Shown here piece by piece: positions 9,210 through 19,683 of a stretch of DNA of 64,000 nt. A program made the translations under genes and the position numbers. Origin of the DNA: Tubiluchus corallicola (lineage: Eukaryota; Animalia; Priapulida); contig JAQGDQ010002369.1 of NCBI GenBank assembly GCA_030141605.1, forward strand, positions 682,001 to 746,000. The letters are read 5' to 3'. Position 1 is the stretch's first letter; every line of letters starts with the position of its first letter. Below the pieces are notes generated by a model. The model did not search any database. It was not told the DNA's origin and saw only the letters and a program-made list of their open reading frames with translations.

Positions 9210-11273
9210 ATGGCAGTTTATGCCCATCCGGCCGCTGTTCACCCAGAGCCGCCGCCGCGAGATTACCATACCTTTACACAACCAGGTCAGAGTAATGTGG
9301 ACAGCCGTGTTCATGGAGTGGCCCAAGGTATCAAGTCGGTTCCTACTCAAGGAAGCGGTGCGATCCGTAATGTCGAAAAGCTTCAGGATGTCAAGGCCTC
9401 TTGGGGAGCAGCCTGGATCTTCATCATTTTGGGGACCCTCCTGCTTCCTATAACGCTTATGGTTTGCCTGTTCGACAGAAGTAATGTCAATCCTAAAGAA
9501 AGTGCATTTGCCCACGCAGCCTACAAAACAGGTTTCTATTTTCTAATGGGACTACTCAGTTTGCCCGTGAAGATACTGGTCAGTCCTTTCGTTTGGCTGC
9601 ATGACAAACAGGCAAAAAAGCTTGAGAAGCTTCAAGATAAACTTGCAGTACTTCAATTCGACGCAATGATTCCTGTGGCAGAGAAATACAATAACTTTGG
9701 GATGAAAGAACATTACATATGGGCTTTGCAAAAGTCTGGCAAATGGACAAAGGGTAAAGAGAAAGCATTGGTCGAATTCGCATACTTAGTTAAGAAAGTT
9801 AGATCGGATGTTATTTCTTCGAAAAAAGATCATGCGCATTTGAAAGACCTTTATAAAACGATAGACAAAGCTTTGGCACATCCTATCTACCAGGATTTGG
9901 TCGAAAGTTTGAAGGATCCTGATGTAAGAAAATATCTAACGAAAACAACCGGAAATGAGAGTCTTCCTGCGATTGATTTTCTTCAGGATTTAGTGACTGC
10001 TTCCTGTCTTGAAGGGGAAAGTGCAGCAAAAGCGTATCAAGAATTCGGAAGAGAAATCCTCGGCGATTCACTAGGGACCGATAGAGAACGAAATAGTGGT
10101 GAATTGGCCGATACCTTTCTTGAAGGAATGCAGAAAATGCCCTGGTATTACAAGCAGAAATCTTTTGATGGAATTGATCCAAACACTTCAACTCCAAACA
10201 GAGCGAAAAGAGGTCTTTTGAAATTGCATTGGGTATTTTCTGATTTAAGCAAATCCTTTCACTCTATTGAAGGACACGCATTTCCATTAACGTATAACAC
10301 CTATCGGGAAGATAATCAGAATGTCCGCCTTTGGGACTATGACAAGACAGTTCGCGTTGCAGCGATCCCTGGCCAAACATGTGGAGAGGGGATGCGTTCT
10401 GCCCTTATTCCACAAAGGCTTCGTCAAGGACGAGTTCTTTATCATAATCTTCAATCTCCTGCTGTGCCTGGAGAAAGAGAGCGATATGCCGGACTTCTTT
10501 CAATGAGAGAAGGGGTGTTTCAGGATTCATCCCGAATGACTGAATTCAACTTGTTTACGACGCCGTTTGATGGAAAATTCTTTAAGAAGTTTGACGAATG
10601 GACAGACGTAGATGATTTCTTTAGAAAGTTCCGTAACTATGCTCACAATAGTGATCCTTTTGATGATCATCGAGAAGGAGTCCCAGACTTCGCAACGGTC
10701 GATGCAGCCAACATGCGTGATGATAACGGCTACTTTATTCCTTCTGATGTCCTTACAACCGAAGAAGTAGAAGAAGCATTCGCAACAACTGAGGCTCTTA
10801 TGAAGCAGCTTGTTGAAGGATCTGAACATTGGAAACTTCTTGGAGAGGCCGATCATGGAAAAGTCCGCCAAAGTCAGATGATGCAAATGGCTACAAATAC
10901 TGTTTTAGCGGTAAGAGCTATTCAAAAGGCAAAAACTTCCGGTGAGATCACTCCTGAAGAAGCAGAAGAGTGGGAAAATGAAGTTTCTACTCGTCTTGAA
11001 AAGGAGTTTACTTTGGTCATGCAGTCTTGCAAACAGTGTATTGATAGAGGACCTATCATGCTTCTTATGACTAAGATCTTTTTTGATATTTCCAGAGGAA
11101 AAGGATGGAATAATGCATCCACAGCAAGGATGATGGGACTCATGGCAGGAAGACCGATGCAAGTCGATCTCCGTTTGGTGATAGCCAACCGTTTCCAACC
11201 TTTTTATGATGTTCTTAAAATGTTCGCGGGTCGAGAAGATCTTGTTCGCGAAGCTCTTCAATCCACTCGTTAA
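9210..11273 (+). CDS. Inc-like membrane protein with C-terminal CX5R phosphatase motif
   Basis: Two long hydrophobic segments near the N-terminus; QSCKQCIDRG motif near the C-terminus. Confidence 0.7.
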   Translation: MAVYAHPAAVHPEPPPRDYHTFTQPGQSNVDSRVHGVAQGIKSVPTQGSGAIRNVEKLQDVKASWGAAWIFIILGTLLLPITLMVCLFDRSNVNPKESAFAHAAYKTGFYFLMGLLSLPVKILVSPFVWLHDKQAKKLEKLQDKLAVLQFDAMIPVAEKYNNFGMKEHYIWALQKSGKWTKGKEKALVEFAYLVKKVRSDVISSKKDHAHLKDLYKTIDKALAHPIYQDLVESLKDPDVRKYLTKTTGNESLPAIDFLQDLVTASCLEGESAAKAYQEFGREILGDSLGTDRERNSGELADTFLEGMQKMPWYYKQKSFDGIDPNTSTPNRAKRGLLKLHWVFSDLSKSFHSIEGHAFPLTYNTYREDNQNVRLWDYDKTVRVAAIPGQTCGEGMRSALIPQRLRQGRVLYHNLQSPAVPGERERYAGLLSMREGVFQDSSRMTEFNLFTTPFDGKFFKKFDEWTDVDDFFRKFRNYAHNSDPFDDHREGVPDFATVDAANMRDDNGYFIPSDVLTTEEVEEAFATTEALMKQLVEGSEHWKLLGEADHGKVRQSQMMQMATNTVLAVRAIQKAKTSGEITPEEAEEWENEVSTRLEKEFTLVMQSCKQCIDRGPIMLLMTKIFFDISRGKGWNNASTARMMGLMAGRPMQVDLRLVIANRFQPFYDVLKMFAGREDLVREALQSTR

Positions 11274-11377
11274 ATTTACGCTTTTAAAAAAATACTTTAC
11301 GTAAAAATGCCAACGCGGTATCACGTTCCCTCAATTTAAAATAAATTGTTAACATTTCTTGGAGGAAGGAGGGGGAA

Positions 11378-12572
11378 ATGTGTACAGCATTAGGTTCGAT
11401 CCTCGGATCGTTATGTAAAAGTTGTACGAGCAGTTGCACATGTGGAAACATTTGTGATTGCAGTCGTACTACTATTGTGGTCGGATCGACCGATCATGAC
11501 CATCAAGCTCAAGTTCAGCATATCCTTGGTGAAGATGTAAGAGACCTGCATACCGCAGCGCATGGCGATCAGTGACACCTCGATTGCGAGGAATAGAGTC
11601 CATGTGATGAAGACGCTGAATCACTGCGCTCACATTACTGGTCCGGCTCTTGCTGCAACAGTCTATGCTCTGATGGATACTTTGGAGTTTTTATCCGTGG
11701 AAGGAAGTCCTGTCCACCGTAATACTGTTCACAGAATGATCAAACGGGGTAACGAAGATATTTCCAAACCGTTTATCATTGCTTGGACCGATACAGGAAG
11801 GAGAAGAGTTGATGTCAGTGCGTGCAGGGGAGTTGATGATCGGCTATGGGCATATTTGACTCGCCTTGCAGCTGATGAACCTATTCGTCATTTAAGTTTT
11901 GGAAGCGGAACTCGATTGACTGCAGTGGATATCGATCGTCTTTTAACGCTCGATCACTTTACCTTAAGCCTTCTTGATTTTTCGGGGTGTGAGCTGGATC
12001 ATGAAGCGATTCCACGACTTTTACGGAAGTGGCCTTTGCAAAGCATTAAATTCAGTAATTTTGAAGCAGCTTTGGATCATTTTGTTCCGGGGCTCGAGCC
12101 CACTGCAAGAAAAATCACTATCCGAACTGAAGAAGGACTGACGCCTGATGTATTCCGGTTTTTGGGTGCCTTCAAGGAGATTCAGGAGGTTTCCGTTGCA
12201 GAATGTCCTCATTTAACCATCGGTCAGTTTCGTGATCTGTCCGGTCTATGTCCTCAGAAAAAGATCAAAAAAGTCGATCTTTCTCACACGAGGATAACCA
12301 ATGATTTTTTCGAAGATGTGGCAGGGGATGTGCATCCTTTCATCCGGAGTTTGTTTTGCCAAGTCGAACATCTAAACTGTTCCCATACTCTAGTCGATGA
12401 ACATATGCTGGAACGGTGGGACTGGGATATGGAATGTCCCAATCCTTATGTTGTCGTGACTCCTTGGTTCAGGCGCTCCCAAAACATTTTCAGGAGAACG
12501 CCGCGAAGAAAAACTCTAGGACACTGTCAGTGTTTAAAACTTCTTTTTGACAACACGCCTCTCTTTTCATAA
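11378..12572 (+). CDS. Cys-rich N-terminus plus leucine-rich-repeat-like protein (probably one frameshifted gene)
   Basis: Strong RBS before 11378; overlapping ORFs 11378..11575 and 11562..12572; LRR-like segments LLDFSGCEL, VSVAECPHLT, VDLSHTRITND, LNCSHTLVD. Confidence 0.6.
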
Positions 12573-12594
12573 GATCAGCAAAAGAGAGGCGATT

Positions 12595-13176
12595 ATGCAA
12601 AAGTCCATTTGTGCGATTCTTTTTCTTTTATTGTTGGCAGGGTGTCAGGGCAGTACGATGCGAACTGGGGCCACAGCAGAACAAAATGTGATCAATCTTT
12701 CGGCGATCCGCAAGGGCATGGGAGAAAAGGAAGTATATGACATCATGGGCGATCCCTATAAAATCCAGACTCAAACCATCGACAATGTTGTGTATGATAT
12801 ATGGTTTTATATCACCAAGGGAACATTCATGTCTCAAACACGCATGATTCCTCAAAACTTCACTCCACTTGTGTTTCAGGGAGGAATTTTGAAGGGATGG
12901 GGATACGCATACTACAATCATCTCCTCGATATCGATAATGAACAGGGAAAAAGAGACGAAGAACGAAGACAGCAATACACAGAAGATCGGGATGAATGGC
13001 CTGCCGACGATCATCGTATGGTCCCGGGCAGATTGCCTCATGAGATGGATAAAGAACCTCAAACTTCCGGACCGTCTGTGGATATGATCGAAAAAGAGGA
13101 AGAAAAAACTCCCTCCAAAAAAGATGATAGTCCCTGTAACAATCGTCAAAAAAAATCTGACAGGAACTGGTGGTAA
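12595..13176 (+). CDS. lipoprotein with BamE/SmpA-like (DUF3192-like) domain
   Basis: Lipobox LLAGC; GMGEKEVYDIMGDP...WFY...TPLVF..G.LKGWG. Confidence 0.8.
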   Translation: MQKSICAILFLLLLAGCQGSTMRTGATAEQNVINLSAIRKGMGEKEVYDIMGDPYKIQTQTIDNVVYDIWFYITKGTFMSQTRMIPQNFTPLVFQGGILKGWGYAYYNHLLDIDNEQGKRDEERRQQYTEDRDEWPADDHRMVPGRLPHEMDKEPQTSGPSVDMIEKEEEKTPSKKDDSPCNNRQKKSDRNWW

Positions 13177-13495
13177 TCTCTGCTAAGAAGCAGCAGGAGT
13201 TGCCTGCGCCTGGCCCCATGATAAAATAGAGTCAAAATTTTGGAGGGTCGTTTTGACATTCTGTGCATCATCAGATGACTGGAAAATAAGCCTTAAACTA
13301 TCCCTTGTAAAACATCTGCGGACTGCCTGAGCTAAATGAGTTCCTGCTGTTTGCATCAGAGTATGGATCGAACAGTCCTTGACGAGCCAGAGTCAACTTT
13401 ATGAAGCAAAGTCACAAGAGCAGAAACTTTTTTGGCCAGATTTTTATCGAGCAAGATTGAAAGAGCACTCATCACATCGAATTTCACATATCGCA

Positions 13496-14996
13496 TTAAT
13501 AAAGACATGTCGAAGAAAAGAGAGCACCATTTTTTTTCATTGGAGGAAAAAGATGTGCTCCAGTAAGCAGTGCACTGATATTTGATATTTGATATTTGAT
13601 ATTGGCTATTGTAGCCATCATGAGCTCAAACTCTTCTGGGGATGTGAAATGAAAATCAGTCCTGAACATGGATGGGATAGCGACGTTCCCTTTGAAAGTG
13701 GGAGCACCAGTCACTTTACTTAGCGTATGTTTTCTTGTGAGTTTGTTTATTAATACAACCCATTCACTTTCCCTTCCAATAGCCAATAGAGTCTGCATTT
13801 CTGATTTATGGATGCACATTCTGTAAGTTTCTTTAGTTGCAGCTTCGAAAAGAAGGTTGATCATCACTCGTTCACGACTTGTGAATTTTTTCGCATAGTA
13901 TTTTGGAAATAGAAATTTGATACAGACAGCTCCCTCGATCAGCTTATGAAATCCACTTGGATCGATCAGGTGCCTTTCAAAAAGAAGCTGTGCCGGCATA
14001 TTTCCGGCGAGTCTTGCCGGTGGAAGGCTGTGTGCATTTTTTAGTGGAAAAGGCTTTCTTTTTGGGGCTGCAGCCGAATGATGACCCATCATTGTACTGG
14101 AACGGACCACTTTCATTTCCTGTTTTTGTTCATCTTCGGTTGGAGGGGCAACAGGAGAGTTGTGATGATCTAACCGGGGTTTGGTCGACCAGCTCCGGTA
14201 CAGGTGGTATCGGCCTTGTGGGCTTAAAGATACGATTTCCCATACTATATAAGGTTGGGCTCGGTAGAAGTTCTGCCGGTGGTTGGCCGTGGAGGAAGTT
14301 GGGGAACCGGTCTTGTGGGACGCCCTGTAGTTTTCTTATCTGAGGTATTATCTGGATTTCTAGCAGGATGTTTTGGAGCTGGTCTTGAGGGGGGAGACAT
14401 ATGAGGGTTTACTCTTGGAGTGACCATCGATGGAGGGACAGGAGGAGGAGGAAGTTCATCAGGTACATCACAAGTGTAAAGTCAGGAGGAAGAGCCGGTA
14501 GGGGCGGCAAATCTGAAGGAAGAGTGGGCGTTTTGGAGTTGTACCCTCACTGTTGACTGTCCCTTCTGAAAGAGCACTGCTTCCGCCGCTGCTTTTGGTA
14601 GAAAGGTGAGAGCGTGGAGTATAATAAACTGAAGAAGTGGAAGGTGGTGACATATCTGGAAATATCATAGGCAAATTCTGCGAAATAACATTCAGAACGT
14701 AGCCGAATCCTGTCTTGAACTGGCTGCTGTGTCATTTTCATCTTCGATGCAAGAACACCGAGCGTGTGATCATCATCAGCCAACTGCCATATAGGCATCC
14801 CTTGATTACGTACTTCACCTAGATCACTTATAACCTTTTGAATGGCCTTTTGAACAGTAGCATCACCGGCAGAGGTTGCGAGCATTAGAAATGCGTCAAG
14901 TCCGCCGAGTGCTTTACAATTTTAGATTAACGTTGTTTCCCTCTGTAGTAGAAGAGAGCTGTAGGCTATTTAGACTTATAAGGTATTTACTGACAT
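13496..14996 (-). pseudogene. fragmented Pro/Ser-rich hypothetical gene
   Basis: ATG at 14996 after a GGGGGAG RBS, then an early stop; colinear fragments 14547..14885, 14245..14427 and 13496..14116; interrupted by a 49-bp element. Confidence 0.5.
14886..14934 (+). repeat. 49-bp element, copy 1
   Basis: TAGAAATGCGTCAAGTCCGCCGAGTGCTTTACAATTTTAGATTAACGTT; its exact reverse complement lies at 15791-15839. Confidence 0.9.
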
Positions 14997-15232
14997 AGAG
15001 AACTCCCCCTCGTACCCTCTGAATTTCATTATAGCGATGTTTGAAGATCTTGTAAAGACATTTTTTGATCGCTTTGCTTAGGCTTAAGAGGTTAGGGTAG
15101 AATTGAACGATTCTAGACAGGGATTACGCGGGTTTGAAAGGGGCTTTATCACCTCAACCTTATGACCAAAATCATCGGAAGAAGCAAAGAAGAATGCAAT
15201 CCCTTCTCTCTTAGAAAACAAGCGTGCTTAGA

Positions 15233-15260
15233 ACGTCTGATAATACATGTTATGTTAAAT
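15233..15260 (+). other. dif: XerC/XerD dif-like recombination site
   Basis: ACGTCTGATAA-TACATG-TTATGTTAAAT in 11-6-11 layout; the right arm matches the canonical XerD arm and the left arm ends in ATAA. Confidence 0.8.
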
Positions 15261-15376
15261 TCAGGACGGTAGCCCATGGAACGAAATCCCTGAAAGATGA
15301 AAGAAGGTTAGGGATATTTTCAAGTGATGCTTTATCAACATCTCTTTACACTACTGTTTTAAGCCCAATAACGGAG

Positions 15377-15888
15377 ATGGAAATGCGTTCTGAAATTCAT
15401 ATAACTCTAGTTAGTCAGATAAGATCCCCTGGATAACGAAGAGATCGAGCATATTACCTTTGTACAGCAATGGATTGAGTCAGGGGCAGATCTTTTTCGA
15501 ACTGTTAAACCGGCTACACCAGATCCTCATCTAGTGGTGAGTTACTTTTTTTTGTTGGATCAAGATTGTGGACAGGTGCTTCTGGTCGACTGAAAGGGAA
15601 ATTGTTGAAGAGCTTGTGGGGTTCAGGCTGATTTTGTATGTCTGAAAATCCATTCTTTCTGACTGTTACCCAGGCAAAGGGGCATGGAGGAAATCATACA
15701 GATGTTTCCCTTTGGTATATTCTGAAGGCGAGTTCTGGGACTTCATTTAACTACGATGAAAGGGAGTTTCATGATATTCGTTGGTTTCCAAACGTTAATC
15801 TAAAATTGTAAAGCACTCGGCGGACTTGACGCATTTCTATTGTGATCCCCATATGAAGGCGTCTGGTTCAAAAGATGACTCTCTATAA
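15377..15888 (+). pseudogene. NUDIX hydrolase pseudogene
   Basis: Fragments EEIEHITFVQQWIESGADLFRTVKPATPDPHLV, HTDVSLWYILK, REFHDIRWF and CDPHM, with frameshifts, a deletion and the 49-bp insert. Confidence 0.65.
15791..15839 (-). repeat. 49-bp element, copy 2 (inverted)
   Basis: Exact reverse complement of 14886-14934. Confidence 0.9.
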
Positions 15889-15982
15889 TTTGTTTAGAAA
15901 TGACACTTCTGTCACGAGATAATTTGATTGCAATCCTTTCCAAGTGTATCATTGGTTTTTTTTAACCAGGAGGTACGAAATA

Positions 15983-17017
15983 ATGAACAAGATAATACTA
16001 GGGTTATTGGGAGTCTTCTGCAGCTTTACTCTTGCTGCAAGACAATCATCTCAACAGCCCCCTACTTCAGGACCAAAGCTCTACTTTACTGATAACGAAC
16101 ATGTCAGTGTTACTCCACCTGCAGGTCCAGATGTTGCAGGAACTTTGAAGATGAATACTTTTCTGACTGCAGACTTTATCTATTGGACTGTTCGTCAGGA
16201 CGGTATGTTTCATGCTGTTTCAGGAGTTGGAGCTGGTGTTCCAAAAGGGAAGGTCCATGATCTAGATTGGGAATGGGATCCAGGTGTTAAAGTTGGCCTG
16301 GGATTCAATCTTCCCCATGATGGATGGGACATTTATGCGGAGTATACCTGGATTAAAAGTTCAGCCAGTGATACGACGACAGCTTCCAATTTGATCTCGT
16401 ACTGGTCCATCAATGGAACTCCTCTAACGTCGATTAGTGAGTCTAGGGCTAGTTGGAATCTTACATTCAATGATGTTCAATTGGAGATTGCTCGTAACTC
16501 TTATCTTAGCCAATACCTTAAGCTTCGAATCCATGTCGGTCTCGAAGGTACATGGATCGACCAGAAATACAATGTGGAACAAATTCTCACTGCAGATAAT
16601 TCTGTGGACTTAGCCCTGAAGCAAGATTTTTGGGGTGTAGGTCTTAGGGCTGGGATGAACACCTCTTGGCAATTCACTTATGAGTGGAGCTTTTTCGGTG
16701 ATTTTGATCTAGCCATTTTATGGGGAGAGTTCGACCTTGATCGAACAGATAGCAACACCCCTGCTGGCGGTGCTAGAACGATCACTATCAATACAGGTGT
16801 AAGCCCTTATACTTTTGAGCCTACATTGGCCATCGCTGCTGGTTTCAGATGGGAAACTTGGTTTTCAGAAAACCGTTATCACATCTTACTTCAGGCCGGA
16901 TGGGAGCATCAACTTTGGATCCTTCAGAATGAATACATCAAGGTCCCAACGGAAACAGATCACATCGGAGATCTGGTCCTTCAGGGTCTGACCATCAAAG
17001 GTAGATTTGATTTCTAA
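15983..17017 (+). CDS. MOMP-like / Lpg1974-family outer membrane porin
   Basis: Signal peptide; ADFIYW; W.WDPG.KVGLGFNLPHDGWD; QAGWEHQLW; GDLVLQGLTIKGRFDF end. Confidence 0.85.
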   Translation: MNKIILGLLGVFCSFTLAARQSSQQPPTSGPKLYFTDNEHVSVTPPAGPDVAGTLKMNTFLTADFIYWTVRQDGMFHAVSGVGAGVPKGKVHDLDWEWDPGVKVGLGFNLPHDGWDIYAEYTWIKSSASDTTTASNLISYWSINGTPLTSISESRASWNLTFNDVQLEIARNSYLSQYLKLRIHVGLEGTWIDQKYNVEQILTADNSVDLALKQDFWGVGLRAGMNTSWQFTYEWSFFGDFDLAILWGEFDLDRTDSNTPAGGARTITINTGVSPYTFEPTLAIAAGFRWETWFSENRYHILLQAGWEHQLWILQNEYIKVPTETDHIGDLVLQGLTIKGRFDF

Positions 17018-17082
17018 ATCTATCTGATTTGTCCTCTCGGGGAAGATTCCGAAATTTTCGTCGGACTCCCCGTCTGGGCTTT

Positions 17083-17517
17083 CTACTCTTCAATGATCCC
17101 GAAAAGACATCCCTTGATTCTATCGATAAAGGCTGACGCGCAAGTGAAAATATTACGGCCTGCGTAGTATCCGGATGAACATCCTTTCAAACGCTCTCTT
17201 TCTCTTTCCTGCGTTCGATTTCGGAAAAAATGAGTCCCGTGTTTCCAGTCATACTGGAATAGATGTTTGTATACTTTGATCTGCTTGATGATAGCATATT
17301 CGATTTCAAGCGAGGCTCCTAGTGAAGTTCCACCGACGGCAACTCCGATTAATGAACCTACGATATTTCCTGCAATGACTGAATAATGAAGAAAGTCGAT
17401 TCCCAGAGCAGTCAAAGCAACTGCAGAGATCAAAGAGACCAAGGGGAAATTAAGGACGAATTCTTTCGTTTCTTTCCAGGTTTGTAGAGAACTTAAAGGT
17501 AAGGGGATACATTCCAT
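17083..17517 (-). CDS. hypothetical membrane protein
   Basis: 144-aa ORF with a two-lobed hydrophobic region. Confidence 0.55.
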   Translation of the reverse strand: MECIPLPLSSLQTWKETKEFVLNFPLVSLISAVALTALGIDFLHYSVIAGNIVGSLIGVAVGGTSLGASLEIEYAIIKQIKVYKHLFQYDWKHGTHFFRNRTQERERERLKGCSSGYYAGRNIFTCASAFIDRIKGCLFGIIEE

Positions 17518-17579
17518 AAAAAATAAAAATTTTTTTGGGAAAAACTATAAGGGCTCTATTTCTTAATTACAAGAAAGTC

Positions 17580-18873
17580 CTACTTAACAACTCTCTTTTC
17601 GATCCCCTCCAACTTGGAAAAATTTTCTCCGAGGAGTTGGAAAAGAGGAAAGACATACCGATCAACAAATTGACCCTGATTGTCCATAAGCTCTTTATGG
17701 TATTCTTCATGGGAACGAGGATCGGCTTTTCCTCTGTAAACTTCTTCATTCCTCTGGTTTTCTCTTTCTTTACAGAGAAATCCAACCCAGCGGTCTGAAA
17801 TTTCTTTACTTCGGATGAGTTGGCCGAGGTCTGCACTTTTGAGGACAAGACTTCGTAAAAGAACGTGATCCTGGATCCTCTCCCCTTTCATTTCTTCAAG
17901 GAGCTTATCGTGGATGGCCATGTCGGTGGCGTAAATGAGATGTTGGATGAAAGATTCCATCTTTTCTCTTTCAGAGGGCTGAAAACCTCCTAAAAGATTG
18001 AATTTAGGATCTTCTATGATGTTTAGGCGCCATTTCAGCATGCAGGCGCTCTAAAGTGGATTCTGGCCCATATTTTTCTCGATCAAATCAGTGTGGAACT
18101 CTTTACGGAAGCTGTTTTCTGTTCCTGGATGGCCCAAAATCATGTCCTATAGCAGCAAGCAATAGAGAAAATCGTTCATGGGAGTCGAACCTCTCTTTTA
18201 AAACACCGTCATAATCGAGTTTATAGACAAATTGGGTGACATCAAGGGCATGTCGAAAATTGTGATACGGATTTGCCTTATAATTTTGCTGGACCTTTTG
18301 GTAATGAAGTTAATGAGCAGATGGGAATCAATGCCAAATTCTTCGAAATAGGAACGAAACATCTCTTCTGCTACAGAAGAGAGTTCTTCTTCCGGATAGT
18401 CCCAAATATTGAATTCCCAGGCGGTCAGATCTTTCATATCTCTATAATTCAGATAGTTTATTTCTGGCTCTGCGTCAAGAAATCCAATTGCTGTTATCTA
18501 TTGAAATATTCTGAAAATACTTCAGTAGCCCCATATACTGGTTCATGCTCATCTAAGGACACGTCATACATTGGACCTGTAGAGCCTGTAGCTTCCTTTG
18601 GAGTGGCTGCAACTGTTTCCTTTACAACTTTTTTGCTACTTTGGGAATGCCGCCATTCTGAGCTTGACGAATCAAAGTGGCTACTTTGCCAAATTTTCCA
18701 CCTAGACCATTTCGGACAACGATGAATTGTCGATGCTCCCGTTGAAAGACTTCAAACCTAGAGGCGATTTTACTGAGTGCTGTTTTATCTCCGCTAGAAG
18801 CACGAACTTGGCTTTCTACATTCTTTAGCTCGCCTACAAGAGCTGCTTCAAACTTATTTACTGACATAGACAT
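17580..18873 (-). pseudogene. class I (eukaryote-type) cyclic nucleotide phosphodiesterase, multiply frameshifted
   Basis: Across frames: WEFNIW, NPYHNFRHALDVTQ, LLAAIGHD, GHPG..NSF, LIYATDMAIH, VLKSADL...RW...E..Q. Confidence 0.75.
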
Positions 18874-18983
18874 ATTAACAACCTCGTATTATTGCGAATT
18901 AATTGCCTATAATTTTATCAAAATAAATATTTAAATCCTAATTAAGAGGTAAATGATTGATAAAGAGTGATATAGGGAGATAT

Positions 18984-19055
18984 GACGGAGAGACGACCAG
19001 GAAAAGGACAGCTAGAATGCCCCATGAAGTCGACCTTTCCAGGCCGTCTTCCGTC
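18984..19055. repeat. GC-rich imperfect inverted repeat
   Basis: GACGGAGAGACGACCAGGAAAAGG pairs imperfectly with CCTTTCCAGGCCGTCTTCCGTC. Confidence 0.6.
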
Positions 19056-19140
19056 AGGAATGATTCTCAAAAAAAGACTGGATAGTCTACTTCCTTTGCC
19101 AATTGAAATCAATCGTCCTTATCTAGTATTTTTCTTCCCC

Positions 19141-19665
19141 ATGAATTTCTACGTTGAAACAGAGAGACTAATACTGAGGCCTTCTTTTGAAGAGGATATA
19201 GAGGACTATTTTGCCCTAACCTCCGATCCTGAAGTAATGAAGTACATTGTATGCGGGACTCAGAAAAAGAAAGAAGATGCGATGAAGCTTCTTCAGAGGA
19301 CGATTGACCATGAAAAAGAGCATGGGTTTTCATTCGGGACGATCCTGGAGAAATCGAGTGGAGAATTTATCGGAAGAGGTGGGCTGACACATCGGGAATG
19401 GAAGAGTCAGAATGAGATCGAAATGGGATATACCTTCAAAAGATCCTGCTGGGGAAAAGGCTATGCTACTGAACTGGCAAAAGAAATGGTCAAGTGGGGC
19501 TTTATTCATCTTTCCTTTCCTTCGATCTGTGGTTTTTGCCACGTGGAGAATACGGTTTCTCAAAAGGTGTTGTTAAAAACGGGACTGAAGTACCTGAAAG
19601 ATGTTTGGTATGGTCAAAAGTTCATGGCATCTTGTTATCAAATCAAGCGAACGGTATCTTTTTAG
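19141..19665 (+). CDS. GNAT acetyltransferase, RimJ/RimL family
   Basis: ETERLILRP, DPEVMKY, EMGY...WGKGYATE, N..SQKVL.K.G. Confidence 0.9.
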   Translation: MNFYVETERLILRPSFEEDIEDYFALTSDPEVMKYIVCGTQKKKEDAMKLLQRTIDHEKEHGFSFGTILEKSSGEFIGRGGLTHREWKSQNEIEMGYTFKRSCWGKGYATELAKEMVKWGFIHLSFPSICGFCHVENTVSQKVLLKTGLKYLKDVWYGQKFMASCYQIKRTVSF

Positions 19666-19683
19666 TTTTTAAAGAGGTTCATT

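Noticed and set aside
13180-13495. Possible gene remnant
   Set aside because: Coding-like composition but no recognisable motif or long frame.
13576-13602. Short GATATTT-type tandem repeat
   Set aside because: Three to four imperfect 6-7 bp units inside a decayed ORF; no evidence of function.
14935-15790. Intact IS or transposon between the 49-bp inverted repeats
   Set aside because: No transposase ORF; the interior is host pseudogene sequence colinear with the flanks.
18982-19140. 53-aa N-terminal extension of the GNAT ORF
   Set aside because: It runs through the hairpin, and the family alignment begins at MNFYVETERL (19141).
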